Shown piece by piece: positions 1 through 9,977 of a stretch of 58,920 bases of DNA (its first letter is position 1; each line of letters starts with the position of its first letter). Under the pieces are notes generated by a model. That model was not told the origin of the DNA. It was given only the letters and a program-made list of their open reading frames with translations, and did not search any database. The stretch comes from a bacterium (GTDB taxonomy: Bacteria; Patescibacteriota; Saccharimonadia; Saccharimonadales; AWTP1-31), in NCBI GenBank assembly GCA_030426125.1, contig JAUHZB010000005.1, positions 1 to 58,920 of the forward strand. The letters are read 5' to 3'. Position numbers and translations under genes: made by a program.

Positions 1-154
1 CCAAATTCACAAAAAATATTATTTTAACTATTAAATTCATACTATTATTTAAAATACGTTATAATTTTTAGTAATTTAAAAATCAATGAAATTTACAGAA
101 TAATTTTTAAAAGTAGAAAAGGACCAAAAATAACTTAAATTAAAAATAATATAA

Positions 155-583
155 ATGAAAACAGAATCACTACCTAATAAAATTGATCAAGTCGCCTTTT
201 TGCTATCTCGTCACGTCGATCAAACTCTTCAAGAACGGCTCGGCTTAGGTTATTCGCAGTATAAGATTATGGAAATCTTGCGTTTCTCGCCAAATCTGCA
301 ACAAAAACAAGTAGCTAGCAAGCTAAGCCAGACCGAGGCTAGTATTAGTCGGCAAATTAGACTAACGCAAAGTCAGATGCTACTGACGGTTTACATTAAT
401 CCAAAGAATAAAAGAGAGCACATCTTAAAGCTAACCGATAAGGGCGAGAGGCTGACTATTGAGGCAGAAGAGATACTAGATAGTTTCTATAAGAACTTAT
501 TCTCTAAAATTAGCATTAAACAACAAGAAGAGCTGTTTAGAAGTCTGTCCGAGATTTACTTTGCATTAAAGGGCAGTGCATAA
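155..583 (+). CDS. MarR-family transcriptional regulator
   Basis: 142 aa winged HTH (QKQVASKLSQTEASISRQI...NKREHILKLTDKG); very AT-rich upstream region. Confidence 0.85.
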   Translation: MKTESLPNKIDQVAFLLSRHVDQTLQERLGLGYSQYKIMEILRFSPNLQQKQVASKLSQTEASISRQIRLTQSQMLLTVYINPKNKREHILKLTDKGERLTIEAEEILDSFYKNLFSKISIKQQEELFRSLSEIYFALKGSA

Positions 584-646
584 TACAAACAGCTCATATT
601 AGACAATATTGTATAAACTTTAGCAATATGATATAATATGAGCTAT

Positions 647-1053
647 GGGGCTGAATTTTAAGCTCGACGTTGGACTTTAACAAGCTTATGTGGCAGGCCG
701 GATTTATCTGCACGTTAGTCGGATAAAACATCTAGTTGCAAAAACAACAGATCGTGAATCGCTAATCGCTGATCTAGCTAACAAGCTATTACCTCGTGAA
801 GCATTCGCACTAGCAGCCTAACATTTAGGTTGCCGCCATTGGTTCGATATCAGATAGAACTAATACGCGTCATATTTTTCTGATTGCTACTTCGCTAGTT
901 ACCCCTAGCTGAGTCTAAGACTTTAGGGTTGCAGCCATATTACATTTTGTATATTTTTAGTCATTTGGCTAAAGAAAAAATAAATATACTAAGCCTGTAG
1001 TCACTAAGTAAGTTAACCGGCGGACGCGAGGGCAGTACTCGCCAGCTCCACCA
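647..1053 (+). ncRNA. ssrA: tmRNA (one-piece)
   Basis: 5' GGGGCTGA, 3' CAGCTCCACCA with G3:U pair; tag ORF 738-821 ending FALAA-stop; TGaTATAAT promoter at 629-637. Confidence 0.95.
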
Positions 1054-1063
1054 TAAGCATTTT

Positions 1064-1093
1064 GACCTCTATTATTTATGATAGGGGTTTTTG
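1064..1093 (+). terminator. intrinsic terminator after ssrA
   Basis: GACCTCTAT/ATAGGGGTT stem followed by T-run. Confidence 0.7.
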
Positions 1094-1159
1094 TATTTGT
1101 TCACCCCATAATTTGCCTGTGCTTGCCTATAAATATTCTACGACCTATAATCAAGACAA

Positions 1160-1804
1160 ATGAGTCCAGACATGATAAGACCAGGTTATAGCGGCATTAA
1201 AGAAAATCCATTATCGCTAATTGAGGGAGTTGGACTTACCATAGAGCTTGGTAGATCTCATGCTGGTGATGATTATGACAATGCTGATGTCTATGGCAGA
1301 ATATTACACTTTGGTGGCGGTGGGTATCTTGGGGCAAGGTTGATAGCAGATAAAGAGGAATTTATATCCAAAATAGATACTCAAGTTGACAGGGTTCAAA
1401 AAATAATTGCTCCATATATAGGTAGGTGGGCCACTGCAAAGCATCGTATGTTAGGAGTTAAAAATGAAGGGGAATGGCAGCTATGGCAAAGGAGTCACGG
1501 CGATGCAGATGTTATGCATACAAGCGGTATTATACTTGGTGCTGCTGGAGTAGCAATGAATAGTACAATGACATTTCACTGGGATCATCCTGACGAAGTT
1601 AGCAAAGCATATGAAGCACACGCAGGGCAAACTTTCAAGATTGGAGTGTTACTAGACACTACTTATTCAAGCCCAGCATTTAGTTATGGTGTTGAAGCCC
1701 CCGATACAGACGAAATGCTCGTGCCCGTAAGAGGTTTTCCGGGTAGTAGAGAAGGGTTTTCAGGCTTATGGTCATGGCAAATAGGTGGAACAGATAACAA
1801 GTAA
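1160..1804 (+). CDS. hypothetical protein
   Basis: 214 aa ORF; TATAAT 8 nt upstream of ATG; no recognised motif. Confidence 0.6.
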   Translation: MSPDMIRPGYSGIKENPLSLIEGVGLTIELGRSHAGDDYDNADVYGRILHFGGGGYLGARLIADKEEFISKIDTQVDRVQKIIAPYIGRWATAKHRMLGVKNEGEWQLWQRSHGDADVMHTSGIILGAAGVAMNSTMTFHWDHPDEVSKAYEAHAGQTFKIGVLLDTTYSSPAFSYGVEAPDTDEMLVPVRGFPGSREGFSGLWSWQIGGTDNK

Positions 1805-2059
1805 GTATTCATTTATAAGGGCACATCCCTTCAGGGAGTAGTCAACTTCCTTAGGCGTTCTTCCTTTCTTTTATGTTCTATATAGTCGTCCCAGAGTAAA
1901 TACCGTCATCTGCGTATTTCTTCTTCGATGAGGGGTGAACTTTTTGAGAGGTGCTTCACCATAAGAACATCAGCATAGCCTGGTGTTTTTTTGTTTGTGT
2001 TTGCATCAGTATGTATTAAAGCTAAAATATCTACACAAGAATGTATAAGGAGAATAACT

Positions 2060-2476
2060 ATTTTTGGTAAATTCTTTAGAAGTAGGAATAGACGGGTGAG
2101 AGATACCTTCCCAGCTGAATGTATGGGTGAGCAATGTCCTAATTACAGCGTTGAAAAGTGCAATAATTCTAGGTGGGAGTGGATGACTGCTAAAACAACG
2201 GTGAAAGAAGAGGATATCAGTAAACCACCACTTAAGGAGAGCACTGTCTTCGTCACATACAGGCAAGTTTGTACCTCAGGCGATAATCAGAACAACATAC
2301 GTTATAGAGTGGATGACTACAATAATGGAGAGTACTATCAAGAGGAAACTGGATTATTGATGCATGGAGATGCGGCTTTTGGTGAAGGTGTTGATGTTGA
2401 TGTATTTGATGTACAGATTCGGGAAGATGGAGTAATTACAGATAATTTGCGCAAAACCTATGAAGGTTGGGGCTAG
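2060..2476 (+). CDS. hypothetical Cys-containing protein (putative ATT start)
   Basis: ORF 1991-2476; AAGGAG at 2047-2052 lies 7 nt before in-frame ATT giving MFGKFFRS... Confidence 0.5.
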   Translation: MFGKFFRSRNRRVRDTFPAECMGEQCPNYSVEKCNNSRWEWMTAKTTVKEEDISKPPLKESTVFVTYRQVCTSGDNQNNIRYRVDDYNNGEYYQEETGLLMHGDAAFGEGVDVDVFDVQIREDGVITDNLRKTYEGWG

Positions 2477-3343
2477 TTAAAGCTTAGCTCCCTGTGTAGC
2501 GCCGTGGTTGGTGACTTTATCGAATTCGATGTTTTGTTTATCTAGCTGTTTAACTACGCTAGTGGCTGTAGTGTTTGCTAGCTGCTGGATTGAGTCACAA
2601 TCGGTTGTTGGCAAGTTCCTAAGACTAGATAGTAATCTGTTTGCATGATGTATGTTTATTGCTTTGTGCTCTTCTTCGTGTTCTTCTAGGTGAGTAATGA
2701 AGTCTTTCCATTCTTTCTTTGTAGTACTATCGGCTGTGCCACTGTTTGACCATGCCGGATATACCATAGCTATGCTTAGCCCAACCCCAGCACTCGAAAC
2801 TGTACACTGGTTGGTATGGACAACTCTGGTGTACTGGATTGCCCAGTTTATTGCATAGTCAGTGCTAGCCGCGTACTTACGCTTATTGTGTTGTACAGGT
2901 GTACAGCTATATATCTGGCTTGCTATTTGTTCAGTAGTATCACCGTACACTTTATAGTGGCTTGTAACTGTTTCTGACAAATTTACCTGGTTACTCCAGC
3001 TTAAGGCTTGAGGCTCCCGAGGCTTGGTATAGCTTTTTGCTGGCGTACAAGTTTTGTTATCTGGCTGACTGTTAGTGCTACTTAGTGCATTACCTTGCGC
3101 CTGGTTGTTATTAGTTTGTTGCTTGCCGAGAATGGCTGTTGAGACACTAGTAGTTTTGGTTGGGCTAGCCACTAGGCTTATCGCTAGCAAAGCAAAGGCA
3201 GTAACTAAGCTACTAGCCAGCAGTTTATGACGGCGTAGCCTAGCTTTTTTGGCTTTAGATAGAGCCAATGAATTAACAGATAGGTGGGGGTTGTTGAACT
3301 GGCCCACCGGACCTGTGTTTTTACCAATATTAATAATATTCAT
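2477..3343 (-). CDS. membrane-anchored/secreted DUF922-like Zn-dependent protease
   Basis: N-terminal hydrophobic segment; HYKVYGDT...HLEEHEEEH (HExxH); DKVTNHGATQGA C-terminus typical of DUF922. Confidence 0.75.
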   Translation of the reverse strand: MNIINIGKNTGPVGQFNNPHLSVNSLALSKAKKARLRRHKLLASSLVTAFALLAISLVASPTKTTSVSTAILGKQQTNNNQAQGNALSSTNSQPDNKTCTPAKSYTKPREPQALSWSNQVNLSETVTSHYKVYGDTTEQIASQIYSCTPVQHNKRKYAASTDYAINWAIQYTRVVHTNQCTVSSAGVGLSIAMVYPAWSNSGTADSTTKKEWKDFITHLEEHEEEHKAINIHHANRLLSSLRNLPTTDCDSIQQLANTTATSVVKQLDKQNIEFDKVTNHGATQGAKL

Positions 3344-3484
3344 AAGATAAGCGCCTCAAACAAAGACTGCTATATTATACCGAAAAATAGAGAAAAAGTC
3401 AATAGCTAGGACAGCTAACTAGCATCTGGCTGGTAACAGTTAAATTATGTTTGCACCGTAACCGTTAATACTCTAGTCTAGTAA

Positions 3485-4777
3485 GTGATGTTAATTAATA
3501 AAAATACACCAAAAAAGATCTTCCGGATCGTCACTCGGCGCAGCGATAAGCACGACGAGCTATACATTGGTGAAGCTATAGATTACGTTAAAAAATACTG
3601 GAAAGAGATAACTCAACATCAGACTAAGAACGACGGAACGCTTATTGGTTTACCGCACCCTTACATTATTCCAGCCGCTAAGCAGGGAGAGAAGTTCAAT
3701 TTCTCGGAACAGTATTACTGGGACAGCTATTTCATCGCTGTTGGCTTAGTAGAATCTGGACAGATAAAGATGGCTGAGGGTATGCTCGAAAACCTGATCT
3801 ATCTATTCGAAAACTATGGCTTTATTCCAACGGCTAATAGGATGTATTTCATGAGTCGTTCTCAACCTCCGCTTCTAACCAGCTATATCCGACTGATCTA
3901 TGAAGCTGGTAATAAAGATAAAGACTGGCTTAAAAAACGAATGGCTATAGCTGAGGAAGAATACAACAAGGTTTGGCTGAGTGAACATCATCCTTACTGG
4001 CATAATATTCACCGCGGACTTAGCCGTTACTACGACATCAATGTATTGCATGACTTGGCTGAAGCTGAAAGTGGTTGGGATATGACCCCGCGCTTTGGTC
4101 GTAAGTGTTTAGATTACTTGCCGGTAGATTTGAATTGTTTACTGTATAAATACGAAGCAGATTTTGCTTGGGCCGCTAGGCTTATGGAAGACAAGAAACA
4201 AGCTAAGCACTGGGAAGCAACCGCTGGGCATCGTAAACATGTGGTTAGTAAGTTAATGTGGAATAAGCGAAAAGGCTATTTCTTTGACTATAACTACGTT
4301 AAAGGTAACCAATCTGAAACCTGGTCGCTGGCTGGCTATTATGCGATGTGGAGCGGTCTGGCAACTGAAGGTCAAGCCAAACAGATGGTTAAGGCGCTAG
4401 CTAAATTTGAACAAACTGGCGGACTAGTGACTACGGTTCGGCCAATTGTAGATACTTCTATATTTGGATCATTAAGAACCCAGTGGGCCTATCCAAATGG
4501 TTGGGCACCCTTACAGTATCTGACGGTTGAAGGTCTAGAAAAATATGGATATAACCAACAAGCAACTAGACTAGCCAAGAAATGGGTCCATACAAACTTG
4601 GTTTGGTTTGAGCGTCATGGTGTCTTCCAAGAAAAGTATAATGTCATAAAGCCCAACAAACTGCCTGTTGAGGGTGTTTATCCGAGTCAGAATGGCTTTG
4701 GTTGGACTAACGCTATTTTTATTAAGTTTGCTTATAAATATCTAAAAGGTCATGACCGGGTTGGTAAACAAAAATAA
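3485..4777 (+). CDS. alpha,alpha-trehalase (GH37)
   Basis: EQYYWDSYF, RSQPPLL, AESGWDMTPR, QWAYPNGWAPLQ, EKY, GFGWTN motifs. Confidence 0.92.
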   Translation: MMLINKNTPKKIFRIVTRRSDKHDELYIGEAIDYVKKYWKEITQHQTKNDGTLIGLPHPYIIPAAKQGEKFNFSEQYYWDSYFIAVGLVESGQIKMAEGMLENLIYLFENYGFIPTANRMYFMSRSQPPLLTSYIRLIYEAGNKDKDWLKKRMAIAEEEYNKVWLSEHHPYWHNIHRGLSRYYDINVLHDLAEAESGWDMTPRFGRKCLDYLPVDLNCLLYKYEADFAWAARLMEDKKQAKHWEATAGHRKHVVSKLMWNKRKGYFFDYNYVKGNQSETWSLAGYYAMWSGLATEGQAKQMVKALAKFEQTGGLVTTVRPIVDTSIFGSLRTQWAYPNGWAPLQYLTVEGLEKYGYNQQATRLAKKWVHTNLVWFERHGVFQEKYNVIKPNKLPVEGVYPSQNGFGWTNAIFIKFAYKYLKGHDRVGKQK

Positions 4778-4952
4778 CGATTCCTTTGCATCCGATGATG
4801 TAAGTGAGGGCTGTCAGGATAAGTTGGCTTTCGATAGTAAAAAGCAAGCCGACACTGCTAAAGTTGTAGCTGGTTTACAGCACGGAGCTAAGCTAAAAGC
4901 TTATCTATGCAAGAAGTGCCAGTTGTGGCAATTAACTACTAACTACGATTGA
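4752..4952 (+). CDS. small putative zinc-binding protein
   Basis: CxxK...AYLCKKCQLWQLT resembles YxCxxCxxWHLT zinc-finger microproteins. Confidence 0.55.
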   Translation: MTGLVNKNNDSFASDDVSEGCQDKLAFDSKKQADTAKVVAGLQHGAKLKAYLCKKCQLWQLTTNYD

Positions 4953-4983
4953 TGCTGTATATTGATGGGCTATAATAGTAAGT

Positions 4984-5643
4984 ATGACCACGGATAGTCG
5001 TTACCGGCATAGACAGTATTATGATGAGTTGATATTTAACGGTTTTGTAGAGAGCGGTCAGCATAGTGAATTTCGAGATGGCTTACACGGCTACAAGGCA
5101 GACTATGAATCAGTAGCTCCGCCAGACAGTGAACTGTTTGATGAGGGCGTAGATATCTTGGCGAACTTTGTTCAAGATCGTTTTAACTATCCAATTCAGC
5201 CTAATTTAATAATTGGTGTGGCTAATGGAGCAAATGCTCTGGCTCTGGCAGTTGCAAAGAAAATTGGTTCTGGTTGTCTCGGTCTTCAAACTGCCAAAAC
5301 TTTCTCTGACCCTAGTCGTTTAGAGATCCCGTTTTTTAGCGAGCGTCTTATCCAAGAAATTGATCCAGAATTTGCTTTGGTTCTTGATGACGTTGGGACT
5401 ACTGGTTCTAGCACCGCTCAAGTAGCATTATTATGCCAACAACTGGGAATTCCTAGAGTCGAAGCCCTATACCTACTGCAACGTTCAAAGAGCTTAGATC
5501 GGTTGGCTGAAATTGGGGTTGCTCATCAGGCAGTAATTGAACGACCAATGGATAATTACACACCAGAGCAGTGTTTGGTTGATGGACCCTGCTCGGAAGA
5601 TATTCCATTAATCAGGCACCCCAGCAGAATTGCATTGCAGTAA
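4984..5643 (+). CDS. type I phosphoribosyltransferase (PyrE-like)
   Basis: PRPP-binding loop LVLDDVGTTGSS; IIGVANGA. Confidence 0.75.
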   Translation: MTTDSRYRHRQYYDELIFNGFVESGQHSEFRDGLHGYKADYESVAPPDSELFDEGVDILANFVQDRFNYPIQPNLIIGVANGANALALAVAKKIGSGCLGLQTAKTFSDPSRLEIPFFSERLIQEIDPEFALVLDDVGTTGSSTAQVALLCQQLGIPRVEALYLLQRSKSLDRLAEIGVAHQAVIERPMDNYTPEQCLVDGPCSEDIPLIRHPSRIALQ

Positions 5644-5711
5644 TCACAATGGTTGTTTGCTAACAGATTAATATTCTTAAATATTAAGTATTTGTGCGGT
5701 ACAATGGTTTT

Positions 5712-7163
5712 ATGAATTATTATGTGACCAGTTCTATTCCTTACGTCAACGGTAATCCGCATATTGGACATGCCCTTGAATTTATCATGGCCGATGTTTT
5801 AGCCCGTTCAGCACGAAAACAGGGGAAAAACGTAATATTTAGTACCGGTACCGATGAGCATGGCGATAAAATCGCCCAGACAGCCGCTAAACTTAAAAAG
5901 ACGCCAAAGGCTCTAAGTGACGAAAAGAGTAAATTATTCCGTGATTTAGCCAAACTTCTAAATATTAGCAACGATCGTTTCATTCGAACTACCGACGCTG
6001 GTCATGAAGAGCGAGCTAAAATTATCTGGAAACAGCTTGAGAAAGATATCTATAAAAGTAAATACATTGGCTTGTACTGCACTGGTTGTGAAGAATTTGT
6101 AACTGAGTCTGTAGCTAAAGCCAACAACAATACCTGCCCTAACCATAAGAAGCCCTACGAACGTTTAGAAGAAGATAACTATTTCTTTAAAATATCTAAC
6201 TATGCTGATCAAATACGGGCAGCTATTACAGCCGGAACCTTTGAGATAATACCAAAAACCAGAAAAAACGAAATCCTTAGCTTAATCAGTGAAGGGCTAG
6301 AAGATATTTCAATATCTCGGCCAAAGAGCAAACTTTCTTGGGGTATTGCGGTCCCGGGTGATCCGAATCAGGTTATGTATGTTTGGTTTGAGGCGGTTAT
6401 GAACTATATCACGGTGCTCGGCTATCCAGAGCACGCTGACTTTAAGAAATTCTGGCCGGCTAATGTTCAGGTTATAGGTAAAGATATTCTCAGGCATCAC
6501 TCAGCTATTTGGCCTAGTATTTTGCTTGGTCTGGGGCTTCCTTTGCCCGAAAAACTATTCGTACATGGTTTTGTGAATATGGATAGCCATAAGATGAGTA
6601 AATCGCTTGGTAATGTTGTTGATCCAGTTGAAGTAGTTAAAAAGTATAGCGTTGACGTCTTTAGATATTACATGCTTCGCCATATTCCTAGTTATGATGA
6701 TGGTAACTTTAGTTGGCAGGGCCTAGAAGATGCGTACAATAATGAACTAGCCAATGAACTAGGTAATGCTGTTCATCGTACCTCAGTCATGATTAGCAAC
6801 TACCAAAATGGAATCATTGGTGAAATGCCTGAGGCCAACCATGACACCACTAGTTATTGGGAAGCAATTGAACGTTGTAAGTATGATCGTGCGCTGGATC
6901 ATGTCTGGGAGCAAATTAAAGGTTTAAACCAATATATTGAGCAAGAAAAACCTTGGACCATAGCTAAGGAAGACGACAGCGAGCATCTTCAGGAAGTGCT
7001 AGCCTACCAAGCTAGTAACCTAATCCAAATCGCTGACTTACTAGAGCCATTTATGCCGGAAACTGCTGTCAAGATTAAGCACGTCTTTGAAGAAGGTGTA
7101 ATTCGTCCAATTAAGGGTACGCTTTTCCCAAAATTAGATAAATCTGATTCAGAAAAGAAATAG
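5712..7163 (+). CDS. metG: methionine--tRNA ligase
   Basis: YVNGNPHIGH, GTDEHG, CxxCEEF, KMSKSLGN; start moved to ATG 5712. Confidence 0.97.
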   Translation: MNYYVTSSIPYVNGNPHIGHALEFIMADVLARSARKQGKNVIFSTGTDEHGDKIAQTAAKLKKTPKALSDEKSKLFRDLAKLLNISNDRFIRTTDAGHEERAKIIWKQLEKDIYKSKYIGLYCTGCEEFVTESVAKANNNTCPNHKKPYERLEEDNYFFKISNYADQIRAAITAGTFEIIPKTRKNEILSLISEGLEDISISRPKSKLSWGIAVPGDPNQVMYVWFEAVMNYITVLGYPEHADFKKFWPANVQVIGKDILRHHSAIWPSILLGLGLPLPEKLFVHGFVNMDSHKMSKSLGNVVDPVEVVKKYSVDVFRYYMLRHIPSYDDGNFSWQGLEDAYNNELANELGNAVHRTSVMISNYQNGIIGEMPEANHDTTSYWEAIERCKYDRALDHVWEQIKGLNQYIEQEKPWTIAKEDDSEHLQEVLAYQASNLIQIADLLEPFMPETAVKIKHVFEEGVIRPIKGTLFPKLDKSDSEKK

Positions 7164-7167
7164 TACA

Positions 7168-7932
7168 GTGCAGTTCGTAGATACCCATTGTCATATCCAC
7201 TTCCCGGATTACCCTCTAGAGATTGATCAGGTGATTGCCGATGCCAAAAAAGCTGGCGTAGAGCAGATGGTTTGCGTGGGTTGTACATTAACGGACAGTA
7301 AGTTGGCTGTTGAGGTAGCCAAAAAGAATCCTAGCCTTAAAGCTTCAATCGGACTACACCCCCATGAATCCAGTCAATATATCAATGACCCTAAGGCTCT
7401 GCAGAGTTTTGGTGATTTAGCCAAAGATGAAAATGTAATGGCTATTGGTGAAATTGGCCTAGATTATTATTACAATCATTCAGATAAGGCCGATCAGCAA
7501 GAAATGCTAAAATTCCAGCTAACTATAGCTCAAGAACACAACTTACCAGTAATCTTTCATGTCCGTGAAGCTTTTGATGACTTTTGGCCCATCTATGATC
7601 AGTTTAAACCACGCGGGGTAATTCATAGTTTTACTGCCGGCGAAAGCCAAGTTCAGCAGATAATCGATCGGGGGTTATATATCGGTCTGAACGGTATTAT
7701 GACCTTTAGTAAAAACCAGGAACAGCTCGAAGCAGTCAAAGCGATACCGCTGGAAAATATAGTGCTGGAGACCGATGCTCCCTTCTTGACCCCAGTTCCG
7801 TTTCGTGGTACAATCTGTCAGCCTAAGCATGTAGTTGATACGGCGCAGTTTTTAAGCGAACACCGGGGAGAGAAACTAGAAGATTTCGCATCTGTTACAA
7901 CTGCTAACGCCAAAAAACTATTCAGGCTCTAA
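7168..7932 (+). CDS. tatD: TatD-family hydrolase (DNase)
   Basis: DTHCH, GLHPH, IGEIGLDY, ETDAPFL. Confidence 0.93.
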   Translation: MQFVDTHCHIHFPDYPLEIDQVIADAKKAGVEQMVCVGCTLTDSKLAVEVAKKNPSLKASIGLHPHESSQYINDPKALQSFGDLAKDENVMAIGEIGLDYYYNHSDKADQQEMLKFQLTIAQEHNLPVIFHVREAFDDFWPIYDQFKPRGVIHSFTAGESQVQQIIDRGLYIGLNGIMTFSKNQEQLEAVKAIPLENIVLETDAPFLTPVPFRGTICQPKHVVDTAQFLSEHRGEKLEDFASVTTANAKKLFRL

Positions 7933-7950
7933 GGCAAAAATTATACGTTT

Positions 7951-8349
7951 ATGAGTAATATTATATCTTTTGAGAGATTCGCCGAATTTCAGCCGATTGA
8001 AGGCTTGCTTGATAGTATGCGAGATTTTCGCCTGCACTCACAGGTTGGCACTGCTGTCCGCTTAATCGAGGAAGCTACTGCTGGCTTGCCAGAAACCAAG
8101 CCTCTAGCTGATAGTTCTGTTAGTAATGAACAGAGTGGGGCGAAAATCGTAAATCCAAACATTGTAAATCCAGTTATGGATGAGGTTCGGATACAGTCTC
8201 AACCTAATCTTAATGATCCTGATGCTAAGTCCCCAGAGCAACTCATTGAAGGTGCTATAGATATTAAATCTGCTAAAAAGCAAGTTGAAGCTATCTATTC
8301 TGGCATAAGCCCAGAGTACCGGATTCCTAGCGAACTACAGGGAGTCTAA
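7951..8349 (+). CDS. hypothetical protein
   Basis: 132 aa ORF tightly packed in operon. Confidence 0.55.
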   Translation: MSNIISFERFAEFQPIEGLLDSMRDFRLHSQVGTAVRLIEEATAGLPETKPLADSSVSNEQSGAKIVNPNIVNPVMDEVRIQSQPNLNDPDAKSPEQLIEGAIDIKSAKKQVEAIYSGISPEYRIPSELQGV

Positions 8350-8718
8350 ATGATTTCCAAAATTATTAAAAGCATTGTTGGGCCTAACCAACGAGAGCGT
8401 CAAGAAAAATTGTATTCTGATCTCATTAGGCATGAAGCCAAAATTGGCGGTACTCTTTTTGGACCCTTGCCAGAAGGCGGCAAAAGGGAATTCTTTTGTC
8501 TTGATGAAAAAACCTGGGTTTGGTATGAAGAGTGGATTGATGAAAACAAACAGTACCAGAGCAAGACTACTAGGTATAACGTCCGACCGAATAGTATTCT
8601 AAAGGCTGTTGATGGTGGACATTACCAGTTAGTTGCTGATGACGAGGCCGTTCATCTTCGAGATGCGGCTCGACTTTACCAAAAGAAAATTAAAGCTGAA
8701 CTGTACGATCGCATCTAG
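8350..8718 (+). CDS. hypothetical protein
   Basis: 122 aa ORF abutting upstream stop; IGGTLFGP...REFFCLDEKTWVWYEEW. Confidence 0.7.
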   Translation: MISKIIKSIVGPNQRERQEKLYSDLIRHEAKIGGTLFGPLPEGGKREFFCLDEKTWVWYEEWIDENKQYQSKTTRYNVRPNSILKAVDGGHYQLVADDEAVHLRDAARLYQKKIKAELYDRI

Positions 8719-8727
8719 GTCAGGGGT

Positions 8728-9888
8728 ATGAAAAAACCGGTAAATATTTACATGGACTATGCAGCCGCTACTCCGGTTGACGCTGGGGTGCTATCTAAAA
8801 TGTTGCCCTATTTCAGCGACAATTTCTACAACCCAAGCGCCAGCTACCTGTCAGCAAAGTCGGTTGCTGAAGATGTTCGTTCAGCCAGAGAAAAAATAGC
8901 TAAAACACTTGCTATTAAACCGACTGAAATTGTATTTACTGCTGGTGGCACTGAGGCCAATAACCTAAGCATTAAGGGGGTTATGTCTAGATATCCTGGG
9001 AAGAAGCTCCTAATTAGTAGCATTGAGCATGATTCGGTATTTGCGGTTGCTGCTAATTATGATCACCAGACTATTGCAGTTAAAGGCGACGGTCGGATAA
9101 ATACTGATGACTTGCTACAAAAGATTGATGACAATACCGTTTTAATAAGTATTATTCTAGCCAGCAATGAAATTGGTGTTATTCAGCCGATTGCTAAGAT
9201 TGCTAAGTTGCTTCAAGCCGTAAAATCAGATCGCTTGAAACGCGGAAATAGCTTGCCTTTGTATTTACATACTGATGCTTCTCAGGCGCCACTGTATTTA
9301 GATTTAAACTGCAATCGTTTAGGCATTGATCTTTTGACTTTAAATGGTGGAAAGATATACGGTCCGAAACAATCTGGGTTATTAGTAGTCAGGACTGGTA
9401 TTGAAATAACTCCGCTAATTGATGGTGGTGGTCAAGAGAGAGGTCTTAGGAGTGGTACCGAAAATGTCCCAGCTATTATTGGGCTAAGTGAAGCATTGTA
9501 TAAAGCTCAGCGTAAACACAAGCAAACCAGCAAAGATATTTCAGAACTCAGAGACTACTTTATTCGTGAGCTAACTAAGCTGATTCCTGACATTGAGATT
9601 AATGGTTCACTCAAGCACCGACTGGCTAATAACATTAGTATTGTCTTGCCAGGCAAAGATAACGAACGACTAATGATGGAGCTAGATGAGTTGGGCGTGA
9701 AGTGTGCTGTTGGTTCTGCTTGCAGTGCTAGTAGTGATGAGCCATCAAAGGTTTTAAAAGCTATTGGGCTGAGCGACAGCCAAGCTCAATCTAGTCTGCG
9801 CTTTAGCCTCGGCAACACCAGCGATAAACAACAGATAGACTATGTTGTCAGTGGTCTGAAGACTATTTTGGCAAAAAGCTACATCTAA
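8728..9888 (+). CDS. iscS: cysteine desulfurase (IscS/NifS family)
   Basis: YMDYAAATP, GGTEANN, GGGQERGLRSGTEN, GSACS; near mnmA. Confidence 0.93.
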   Translation: MKKPVNIYMDYAAATPVDAGVLSKMLPYFSDNFYNPSASYLSAKSVAEDVRSAREKIAKTLAIKPTEIVFTAGGTEANNLSIKGVMSRYPGKKLLISSIEHDSVFAVAANYDHQTIAVKGDGRINTDDLLQKIDDNTVLISIILASNEIGVIQPIAKIAKLLQAVKSDRLKRGNSLPLYLHTDASQAPLYLDLNCNRLGIDLLTLNGGKIYGPKQSGLLVVRTGIEITPLIDGGGQERGLRSGTENVPAIIGLSEALYKAQRKHKQTSKDISELRDYFIRELTKLIPDIEINGSLKHRLANNISIVLPGKDNERLMMELDELGVKCAVGSACSASSDEPSKVLKAIGLSDSQAQSSLRFSLGNTSDKQQIDYVVSGLKTILAKSYI

Positions 9889-9977
9889 TCAGTGCTATTA
9901 GTTATTGGCGTTGGATAGCATTTGTTTAATTGCTATACTAACCATATAAACATAAGGTATATAAGGAATAGACAGCG

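Noticed and set aside
1-154. Very AT-rich tract as replication origin
   Set aside because: No DnaA boxes seen; truncated at window edge; consistent with the MarR promoter region
1813-1962. Minus-strand 49-codon frame with two in-frame TGA (possible UGA recoding)
   Set aside because: uvrA and mltG end in TGA at their natural termini, so the code is standard; likely a short ORF or decayed gene
7168-7932. tatD as part of the Tat locus
   Set aside because: TatD is a nuclease not involved in export, and metG-tatD linkage is commonplace
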